A stretch of 64,000 nucleotides of DNA from Azolla caroliniana. Its lineage: Eukaryota; Plantae; Polypodiophyta. Below are positions 1-9,419 of this stretch, piece by piece. The position numbers and the translations under genes are program-made. The DNA lies in NCBI GenBank assembly GCA_043228905.1, contig JBHGNT010000009.1, forward strand, positions 13,578,001-13,642,000, in the 5' to 3' direction. The notes beneath the pieces were generated by a model. The model searched no databases, was not told where the DNA came from, and worked only from the letters and a program-made list of their open reading frames with translations. Each line of letters opens with the position of its first letter. Position 1 is the first letter of the stretch.

Positions 1-102
1 AGGTGAACAACACCAGTTATGGAGTCTTTCCTTTAATACTATCTTCTTTCTTGTCCATTTGGTTATCTTCTTGCTTGTCTCTTGAGTTTATGATCCGTGA
101 CA
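1..102 (+). repeat. 5' LTR (partial) of the chromovirus
   Basis: Direct repeat of 4681-4777, ending ...GTGACA. Confidence 0.9.
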
Positions 103-152
103 GTTTGTTCACCTTCCCATCCTCATAGCTCTCCCTCTCATAAGCCATAGCT

Positions 153-1160
153 ATGTCCGACTCAACTACTGAGTTAGGCCAAATAATGGTAGCCTTACGA
201 CAACTACAGCTTGAAAATGAAGCTCTTCGAAATTCTTTACAAGAACTTCAAGTCGGTACCTCCCTATCCTCACAACCCCCGAACCCTAGTCTCCCACAGC
301 AACCTAGCCTAGAGCCCGATATTCTACCAACATCTAGCCTAGCTTCGTCACAGTTTCTTGAGCCTAAGGTTAGCCTCCTAGAAAAATTTGATGGAACGAG
401 GTCGCGTTTCCGAGGGTTCATCAACCAAGTTCGACTTATCATTCAGCTACAACCTCAACGTTATGGAGATGGTCTTCGACAAGTCGGCCTTGTGGGCACC
501 CTTCTCTCCGGTCCGGCCCAAGCTTGGTTTGCACCATTGGTAGAAACCTCATCACCTTTATTGGAGGACTTTCCCGCCTTCCTCGCCGAGTTAGAGGCCA
601 CATTTGGCGAGACGGACCAACGATGTACAACTCTTAACAAGATTTATGCACTCGAACAAGGTTCACGTGCAACTTCGGTCTATGCTTCCGAATTTCGACA
701 ACTAGCATGTTGGGATGATCAAGCTTTAGCTGATCACTTTCGGCATGGTCTTCGAAGCAATGTCAAGAATCTTCTCTTAAACTTTCCGGAGCCCACCTCG
801 TTATCCCAAGCGATTTCACAAGCAGTTCATTGTGATAATCGTCTTTTCGAATTTCGCCAAGAAGAGCGCCGGACTTGGGTTCCACCTCATTCACTTCCAC
901 GCCACGCCCCGGTCATACAACCCCAAGCATCCTCACACCCGCCTACTTCGGCAGATGCTCCTGTCCCCATGGAAATTGATCAAGCCCGATTTCGGCCATT
1001 GACTGATGCTGAACGACAATTTCGGCGGGCTAATGGCTTGTGCATGTATTGTGGCGCCTCCGGTCATGTCGTTCGCCATTGTCCTAGGAGTACTCGCCCA
1101 CAATTCCATCGAGCTAACGGACCCCAACATCCGGAAAACGACATCATTCGGTTGCAGTAG
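153..1160 (+). CDS. gag: Gag (retrotransposon capsid plus CCHC zinc knuckle)
   Basis: EPKVSLLEKFDGTRSRFRGF capsid motif, VPMEID motif, CMYCGASGHVVRHC knuckle; open for 335 aa. Confidence 0.85.
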   Translation: MSDSTTELGQIMVALRQLQLENEALRNSLQELQVGTSLSSQPPNPSLPQQPSLEPDILPTSSLASSQFLEPKVSLLEKFDGTRSRFRGFINQVRLIIQLQPQRYGDGLRQVGLVGTLLSGPAQAWFAPLVETSSPLLEDFPAFLAELEATFGETDQRCTTLNKIYALEQGSRATSVYASEFRQLACWDDQALADHFRHGLRSNVKNLLLNFPEPTSLSQAISQAVHCDNRLFEFRQEERRTWVPPHSLPRHAPVIQPQASSHPPTSADAPVPMEIDQARFRPLTDAERQFRRANGLCMYCGASGHVVRHCPRSTRPQFHRANGPQHPENDIIRLQ

Positions 1161-4100
1161 GAGCCATGCAACTGGACATCTCCCGTCACCCACATTCTCT
1201 TGGTTCCATTGCCGGACCATCAGGCAATTTCACATTGGAGGTATGGCTTTCGTTTAACTCTAGTTCCATTCAGTTTGTTGCTTTACTTGATTCTGGGGCA
1301 TCTTCTTGCTTCATCGACATCGCGTTTTCCCAAGCACATGGCGTACCTGTCGTTGGCCTCTCAAAACCCATTCCAATTGAAGCCATTGACGGGTGCGTCC
1401 TCTCGTCAGGTGCAATTACTCACGCTACAATCCCATTAGGGCTTCGGGTGGGCTCACACCAAGAGGAGCTCACCTTTTACCTCATCGCATCTCCTCGACA
1501 TCCGATCGTCTTAGGACTAACGTGGTTGGAGGCGCACAATCCAATAGTGGATTGGTGCAACCGCTCGATCACATTTAGCAAGCCAAGATGCTCGTGCAAA
1601 AGTATGAAGGTAAATTCAGTTTCCTATCCTTCGGAGACGGTCGACTCCGAATTGACTACCCCATCATCGGTCCAGGATGGGTTTGTTTGTGGCGCCATTT
1701 CTAACACACTCCATGTTATTCCCGAAAAATACCAACACTTCTCCGACGTATTTCAAAAAATGTAATGCTGATCGTTTGCCTGAACACCGGCTCTACGACT
1801 GTCCGATTGATCTTCAAGAAGGTGTGTGTCCACCCTTTGGTCCTCTATATGCGTTGTCTGCACCAGAGTTGAAGGCCCTTCGTGTGTATCTCGATTAGAA
1901 CCTCGAGAAAGGCTTTATTCAACCTTCTAAGTCACCAGCCCGGGCCCCCATTTTATTTGTGAAGAAGAAGGATGGCTCTCTATGCTTATGCGTCGACTAC
2001 CGAGGTCTCAACAAACTCACTGTGCGCAACCGCTATCTGCTACCTCTGATCCCCGAACTCCTTGATTGGCTCCAAGTTGCGCGTGTCTTCTCCAAAGTTG
2101 ATCTGCGTGGACCATACAATCTAGTACGCATCAAGCCGGGGGACGAATGGAAAACCGTATTTTGAACACGGTATGGGCATTTCGAATACAAGGTAATGCC
2201 TTTTGGTCTTACTAACGCTCTCGCAGTTTTTCAACATATGATGAACGATATTTTCCGAGAAATGCGAGTTCGACCGTACCTCGATCGAATTTCTAGGCTA
2301 CATCATCTCGCCCACTGGCATCACCATGGATATGAAGAAGGTCTCTGTCATTCAGGCGTGGGCGACTCCAAGGCGACTTAAAGATGTGCAATCCTTCCTC
2401 GGCTTCGCGAATTTTTACCGTCGCTTCATCAAGGGGTTTTCCACCCTAGCACAACCTCTTATCGCTCTCACCCATAAAGGCACTCCATTTTTATGGACCT
2501 CGGAGGCACAAAATGCGTTCGACTCACTCAAACACGCATTCATCACTGCCCCGGTGCTGCTACATGCCGACCCCACAAAACCCTTCCAAGTCGAAACCGA
2601 TGCCTCTGACTTTGCCATTGGCGCCATCTTATCCCAGGTAGACGACAACAACCTAATGCACCCAGTGGCTTACTATTCCCGAAAATTTACGGCATCCGAA
2701 ATCAATTATCCCATTTACGACAAGGAGCTTGCTGCTATCATTGCTGCCTTTGAAGAATGGCGACCCTACTTGGCCGGCGCACAACATCGTGTCCAGGTAA
2801 TGATTGATCATAAAAATTTAGTTTATTTTTCCACCACTCGTACTTTGAATCGAAGGCAGGCCCGTTGGTCGACATTTCTCGCCGACTACAATTTTGAGAT
2901 CGTATTTCGACCTGGTGGCCAACATGGGAAGGCTGATGCCCTTTCTCGCCGAGCTGACCTTGCACTCCGCCCTGGGGATGCTGCTTATGCTCAACAATCT
3001 AGACGTTTGTTGAAACCCGACCAATTGCATCTTTTTGCCACTTGTATGTTGCAGGATGATTCTTTACTCCAACACATCACTGATGCATCCAAGACCGATG
3101 CGTTCGCCAACGAGATTCGAGATAGTCTGCAAAACCCCTCCAAGGCGACCAAAAAGAAGGATCTTGACACCTTCACCATACAAGAGGGTTTGTTGTTCCG
3201 AGATCATCTCTTATACGTCCCAGAGGGCCCATGTCGCACCCAGGTGTTGCGGGAATGCCACGATGACCCACTTGCAGGTCATTTCGGGGTCGTGAAAACC
3301 CTCGAGCTAATCTCTCGGGGGTATTGGTGGTCACAACCATGGAAGCTGGTCAAAGAATACATAAAGAGTTGTGAGGTTTGTGCTCGCTCCAAAGCCATTC
3401 ATCATCGGCCATACGGCTTACTACAGCCGCTTCCATGTCCTCGTCGTCCTTGGGCCTCTATCTCTATGGACCTGATAACTGATCTACCCTTGGTCAATAG
3501 CTATGACTCGGTGTTGGTCGTTGTTGATCGGTTTATGAAGATGGCTCACTTCACTCCATGCTCCAAAACCATTTCCGGAGAAGGAATGGTGCATCTCCTA
3601 CTCAACAATGTGGTACGCTTGCATGGACTCCCCGATGATGTCATCTCGGATCGCGGACCCCAGTTTGTCTCTCACTTCTGGCAGCGCCTACTACAAACTT
3701 TAGGCATCTCTGTCAAGTTGTCCTCCGCTTATCACCCCCAAACTGACGGGCAAACGGAGCGTGTCAACCAAATCCTTGAGCAGTATCTTCGGTGCTTGGT
3801 TAGTTACCAACAAGATGATTGGGTCAACTTACTTTCGCTCGCGGAATTCGCCTACAATAATTCTCTCCATGCATCGACTGGCGTCACTCCCTTCTTTGCC
3901 AACTACGGTTTACATCCTCGCTTCAACATTTCCCTTCCTACCACTTCCGTGAACCCTTCGGCGGAGGATCGCGCCCACATTTTGGAAGAACTACATCATG
4001 ATTTATCCTTGGAGCTTAGTCTTGCTAGTGAACGATACAAGAAGCAGGCTGATCGCCATCGATCTTCCACTCCACACTTTGTCGTTGGAGACATGGTCTG

Positions 4101-4533
4101 GTTGTTACATTGACACATCTCTACTCCTTGTCCATGTGCGAAACTTGATTACAAGAAGTTGGGACCATTCTGTATCATCGAGTGTATCAATCTCGTCGCC
4201 TTCCGACTCGCCCTTCCATCCCACTTCCGGATTCACGATGTCTTTCATGTCTCCCTCCTCGAACCCCATTATGCTTCACAACTCCCAGGACTTCTAGCCC
4301 CACCACCACCACCTGTGCAATTGACGACAAGGGGAGGAATACGAGGTCGACCAAATCCTTGACTCGCGTTGGCACCGTCGACACTTGCAATACCTCGTCC
4401 TATGGAGGGGTTACCCCATGTCTGAGGCCACATGGGAACCATCGGCAAATTTACAAAATGCCCCAGCGGTCGTCCAAGATTTTCATCACCGATATCCCCA
4501 CAAACCAGCGGCCGATTTGGGAAGGCGGCATAA
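1133..4533 (+). pseudogene. pol: Pol (protease, RT, RNase H, integrase, chromodomain) with stops, frameshifts and an RT deletion
   Basis: ALLDSGA protease; LCVDYRGLN and [10 protein letters not shown]; VETDASDFAIGA RNase H; HHCC plus SDRGPQF and QTDGQTERVN integrase; EYEVDQILDSR..QYLVLWRGYP..TWEP chromodomain at ~4335-4510. Confidence 0.9.
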
Positions 4534-4545
4534 GAGGGGGGATAA

Positions 4546-4777
4546 TGTCAAGATTCGAACTCTTGACACGACCATGTTATAATCTAGTATTATGAGTTAA
4601 CCAAGATATCTAGTATTATGCGTGCAACAAGTATGCATGCCATGTAGTATAAATAGAGGAGTTCACCTTGAAGGAATTCAAGGTGAACAACACCAGTTAT
4701 GGAGTCTTTCCTTTAATACTATCTTCTTTCTTGTCCATTTGGTTATCTTCTTGCTTGTCTCTTGAGTTTATGATCCG
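4546..4777 (+). repeat. 3' LTR of the chromovirus (last 5 bp lost)
   Basis: TGTCA start, TATAAATA at 4648; matches 1-97 and then diverges before the terminal TGACA. Confidence 0.9.
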
Positions 4778-5455
4778 GAACCGACACGTTCACGGACAAA
4801 ATGGTAGTGCACCTCAATGTGCTTGGTCCATGCGTGGAAAACAGGGTTTTTCGCGAGCTGGATGCTGCTGAGGTTGTCGCAGTAGATCGTCGTCGGATCT
4901 GACACCTCCTCTTGCAGGTCCTTAAGTAGCCGCTTAAACCATATGGCTTCGCATGTCGCGACAGCCGCTCCACGGTACTCAGGTTCGGTGCTCGACAGTG
5001 CAACTGTCGGCTGCTTCTTACTGCTCCACGCGATCGCGGCACTCCCGAGGGAGAACGCGTATCCAGACGTGGATCGGCGATCGGCGGCGTTGCCAGCCCA
5101 ATCAACATCGGGGTAGCCGACTAACTGCACGGCTGTACCGGTCCGATATACCAGTCCGCGGTCCTTAGTGCCGCTTACGTACCGCAGTACGCGTTGCGCA
5201 CACTGAAGGTGCTCCTCGGTAGGTCGCGCCATGAACTGACTGATCACCCCGACCGGATAACTGAGGTCAGGTCAGGTGATGGTCAAGTATATGAGGCTTC
5301 CAATAATTTGTCGGAACCTCGTCGGGTCGCATACCTTTCCCGTATCAGGACGAAGCTTGACGGTTCTGTCCAGAGGAGTCGAGACGGACTTACAGTCGGC
5401 CATCCCGAGTTTGAAGAGCATAACCAGCACGTAATGACGTTGGCTAATCAATATG
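4778..5455 (-). pseudogene. pol: Copia A RT C-terminus and RNase H
   Basis: DWAGNAADRRSTSGY, ALSSTEPEY, YCDNLSSI, TKHIEVHYHFVRE. Confidence 0.88.
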
Positions 5456-8400
5456 TGTGAAAGTGTTTTTAGAATCTAAGCCATTGAACATTAGGAGAAT
5501 ATAAAGTATAGATAATTCACCTTTTGAGGATAAGAACACGAACTAAGACCTTAGGAAAGAAGTCAAAAGTAAAAGTACGAGACCAAGAGAAAAGTAAAAA
5601 GAGAAAACGCAGACTATAAAAAACAGTAAAAATAGAATGGTCATAACTCCCTCGTTGTTTATCCAAATATCACGTTTAAATATGGATTAGAAAGCTTGTA
5701 AAAAGAGCTTTCTATAGCTTTTTAAATCGCTTAATTTGGATATCGGATGAGGGAGATATGACGATTAGAAGGTCGATGTGTCATAGCTAAAAATAGGGAG
5801 ATAAAAAGCTTCTAAAAATAGCATGAACGTGGATAAGAAGAGGAAGGTTATAAAAGAAGAAGTGATATTAGAGAGGAGGGGGGCGAAGAGTGAAGGCCAA
5901 AGAGTGGATGAGGAGTGTTAGGAAGAAGTGTCTTTGTAGAAGAGGAAGTGTCTTAGAAGAGGAAGGTCTTTGGTTTTAGTTCAATGTGGAGTTTGTCTCC
6001 TTTGTATTCTCTTGATGTTGGAATATCAGAACATTCTTATTTCTTGCTCGCTTTCTCTATCTTTTTTCTTAGTTTCTTGAGTTATACTCTCTAATCATAA
6101 TTACCTAGAGCTATATAATATATTATGATTTTCAACTCCATCTAATCGGTTTGGTCAAGCCCTCATATAGTGTATAACTATCTATTATCTTATACACCCT
6201 ATCATTTTGGCGCTCCAGGGAGGGCGGATCCTTTCCGTATAGGAGGGAGAACTTATCATTTAATTGTGTTACTATATTACATTAACTTAGCTATGCAATT
6301 TGCATTTTCAGGTGAAAGAACACAAGATGCGGGTGCCTTTTTGGCATCTTTTGAGCATCATGCTGTCTCTATTGGACGCATCACCGACAATGAGAAGTTA
6401 CCTTTATTGGTAGCTACATTCTATGGTCGAGCTCGAGATTGGTATGACTCTCTTCCTCCAAACCAACAGGGAGCATATCAATTGTTGGTGCACCAGTTTC
6501 GTGCCAAATATATTCAACGACGAAGTGCAACCGAAGTAAGGGAAGAGCTATTTCGACTAAAGATGGAATCACCAATTGGTTTCACTGAGTATGAAAGAAA
6601 TTTCAAGGATTTGTGGACTACATGGATTCGTCTTCGTGGCGGCACTGAAGACGAGTGGTTTAAAATGGAACGATTCAAGATGGGTCTTGATATGTATTTC
6701 CGTTTGGAAGCAAACTTGAAGGATCCCACATCGTTTCAAGCTCTTATCCAAGTTTGTCAAGCTTATGATCGACAAGTGAAGATGATGAGCTCCTTGGGGG
6801 ATCCCCAAATGACGGCTTTGGGTGCAAATTTGATGCCTCGTGCCAACTTTCAAGCCTCATCTTCAATTGTGCATGGGGGACAAGTGTTTCCAAATGTGTA
6901 TACCACCACAACAATAAACCCAACAAGTATATCCCAAGAAGTTGAACAAGTGAGGAGTGAACAAGATACCATGGCATTGGTAAATCGGCGCTTTGATGAA
7001 GTGATGACCCACTTGCGACAATCCCAAGCAATTCACAACACTATTCCCGATGGTGGTGGCTCTAGAGGGCATCACGGTGTAATTTGTTATTCTTGTCAAG
7101 AGGAGGGACACATCTCAACAAGATGTCCTCATCGACAACAAAGAGGCATGGGAAGAGGCATTTATCAAGTGCAAAGGAATGGACAACGACCTAACAACAA
7201 TGAAGTCGAAGGAAACGTAACACTCCCTATGGCTCAGGTTCCTACAATTACTCATAATGTGAATCTTCTTAATTTTATTGATGATAGTGATAATTCTTTT
7301 GAAGTAGCTCCTGTGAAAAGGACAAGGTCCTCGCAAAAGGAGAAAGAAGTTGAAGGAGAATCTAGTGCCTCAAGACAAAAGAAGAAGTCTAAGGAGAATG
7401 AGAAAGAGGAAAAATTGAGAAGGAGACACTCTAGAAGAAAGATCAAGATGGAGGACATTCCTATGGGTGAAGGTGTAGAAGCTTTCAATTTGAAGCATGA
7501 GTTGATTTCAAGTGGACCAAGGATAGCATGGCCGCAACTTCTCCAATTATCATCCACATTACAAAATGAGTGGGGGCGACTTGCAAGTATTCGCCAAAGT
7601 CGGAAGACTGTGCATTATGTGGGAATCGTGCGAGTAGAAGATCGAAAGGACATACGACCCACCATCCCCGTCTCCATCAAAGGGGTTCACATCAAAGATG
7701 CCTTGGGTGATAGTGGTGCTAGGGTAAGCTTGATTTCTGAATTTGTAGTAAACAAAGTAGGAATTCCTATTAGTAGGTCATCTTCAACAAGGGTGGTTGT
7801 AGTAGATAGTGGAGTGGTGCATTGCACAAGCATAGTGGAGGATGTGTTCATCAAGTGTTTTGGAATAAGAGGAGAAGCTTGCAACAAATACCACATCAAC
7901 TTGAAGGAAAGTGTATCAATTTCCCCAAAGCTTCGGCAATTGAGTGTTGAACAAAAGGAAGAATTTATGCAAGAGTTCAACGCATGGTTACAAGAAAGTT
8001 CCAATTATAAGATGGAAGATTTGAGGTGTGTGTCACCTATAGTTTTGGTTCCAAAGAAGAATGAGATCAATTTCAAACCCTTGAATGATTCGACCAAACG
8101 AGATGAATTTTCACTTCCTTCTCGAGATGAGATTGTCGATAAAATGGTTGTTTATACAAAACAAGGTAGTGTGGACAATATGTTGTGCCAAAAAGGATTT
8201 CATGTGGATGATTCAAAGATTAACATAATTACAAAGATGACAATTCCGACAAGTCTTGAAGCTTTGAAAGTATTTGTGCAAAAGGTGCGCTCGCTCGAAA
8301 GATTCATTTATATGTTGACATGCTTACTGCTATCAAGAGTGATGTATCCCATGGCCCTACTAGTCTTTGGAGAGTTAACGAAGACATAATGATTGTGGTA

Positions 8401-9414
8401 ACCTCTTTCTTTGTGTTGACAAGGAGAAAGATGATGATGGAATTGTCAATGTGTGTGTGGGTGTGTCTAGGAGTGTGAGGTTTTTCCTACCGATTAGCGG
8501 GGGTTTTACTCACATCTTTTTATTTTCTTTTTATTATATCTCTCTCATTGTCTATAGCCAAGAGATTGGCGGGAGAGCTTTTGTTTGTTAAGTACTGCCA
8601 ATAAGTGCTTCGCCATAAATGGCTTAGCCTCTAACAAGGGGGAGGGCTAAATGTGAAAGTGTTTTTAGAATCTAAGCCATTGAACATTAGGAGAATATAA
8701 AGTATAGATAATTCACCTTTTGAGGATAAGAACACGAACTAAGACCTTAGGAAAGAAGTCAAAAGTAAAAGTACGAGACCAAGAGAAAAGTAAAAAGAGA
8801 AAACGCAGACTATAAAAAACAGTAAAAATAGAATGGTCATAACTCCCTCGTTGTTTATCCAAATATCACGTTTAAATATGGATTAGAAAGCTTGTAAAAA
8901 GAGCTTTCTATAGCTTTTTAAATCGCTTAATTTGGATATCGGATGAGGGAGATATGACGATTAGAAGGTCGATGTGTCATAGCTAAAAATAGGGAGATAA
9001 AAAGCTTCTAAAAATAGCATGAACGTGGATAAGAAGAGGAAGGTTATAAAAGAAGAAGTGATATTAGTGAGAAGGGGGGAAGAGTAAAAGAAAAAGAGTG
9101 GATGAGGAGTGTTGGGAAGAGGAAAGAAAAAGAGTGGATGAGGAGTGTTAGGAAGAAGTGTCTTAGAAGAGGAAGGTCTTTGGTTTTAGTTCAATGTGGA
9201 GTTTGTCTCCTTTGTATTCTCTTGATGTTGGAATATCAGAACATTCTTATTTCTTGCTCGCTTTCTCTATCTTTTTTCTTAGTTTCTTGAGTTATACTCT
9301 CTAATCATAATTACCTAGAGCTATATAATATATTATGATTTTCAACTCCATCTAATCGGTTTGGTCAAGCCCTCATATAGTGTATAACTATCTATTATCT
9401 TATACACCCTATCA
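5456..9414 (+). mobile_element. Non-autonomous Gypsy-derived LTR element (Gag-PR plus vestigial RT; TR-GAG-like)
   Basis: LTRs 5456-6204 and 8652-9414 (TG..CA); TSD ATATG at 5451-5455 and 9415-9419; PBS TGGCGCTCC at 6208; PPT AAGGGGGAGGG at ~8636. Confidence 0.93.
6293..8389 (+). CDS. gag: Gag-zinc knuckle-aspartic protease polyprotein with in-frame RT remnants
   Basis: Uninterrupted ORF with CYSCQEEGHISTRC, ALGDSGA, SPIVLVPKK and INFKPLN. No YxDD, RNase H or integrase. Confidence 0.8.
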   Translation: MQFAFSGERTQDAGAFLASFEHHAVSIGRITDNEKLPLLVATFYGRARDWYDSLPPNQQGAYQLLVHQFRAKYIQRRSATEVREELFRLKMESPIGFTEYERNFKDLWTTWIRLRGGTEDEWFKMERFKMGLDMYFRLEANLKDPTSFQALIQVCQAYDRQVKMMSSLGDPQMTALGANLMPRANFQASSSIVHGGQVFPNVYTTTTINPTSISQEVEQVRSEQDTMALVNRRFDEVMTHLRQSQAIHNTIPDGGGSRGHHGVICYSCQEEGHISTRCPHRQQRGMGRGIYQVQRNGQRPNNNEVEGNVTLPMAQVPTITHNVNLLNFIDDSDNSFEVAPVKRTRSSQKEKEVEGESSASRQKKKSKENEKEEKLRRRHSRRKIKMEDIPMGEGVEAFNLKHELISSGPRIAWPQLLQLSSTLQNEWGRLASIRQSRKTVHYVGIVRVEDRKDIRPTIPVSIKGVHIKDALGDSGARVSLISEFVVNKVGIPISRSSSTRVVVVDSGVVHCTSIVEDVFIKCFGIRGEACNKYHINLKESVSISPKLRQLSVEQKEEFMQEFNAWLQESSNYKMEDLRCVSPIVLVPKKNEINFKPLNDSTKRDEFSLPSRDEIVDKMVVYTKQGSVDNMLCQKGFHVDDSKINIITKMTIPTSLEALKVFVQKVRSLERFIYMLTCLLLSRVMYPMALLVFGELTKT

Positions 9415-9419
9415 ATATG

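Larger units (their letters stand above)
1..4777 (+). mobile_element. Ty3/Gypsy chromovirus (Tcn1/Tf1/sushi-like) LTR retrotransposon, degenerate; 5' LTR cut by the window edge
   Basis: 1-97 is identical to 4681-4777. The 5' LTR ends TGACA at 102 and the 3' LTR starts TGTCA at 4546 after the purine tract AAGAGGGGGGATAA. Domain order is Gag-PR-RT-RH-IN-chromodomain. Confidence 0.95.
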
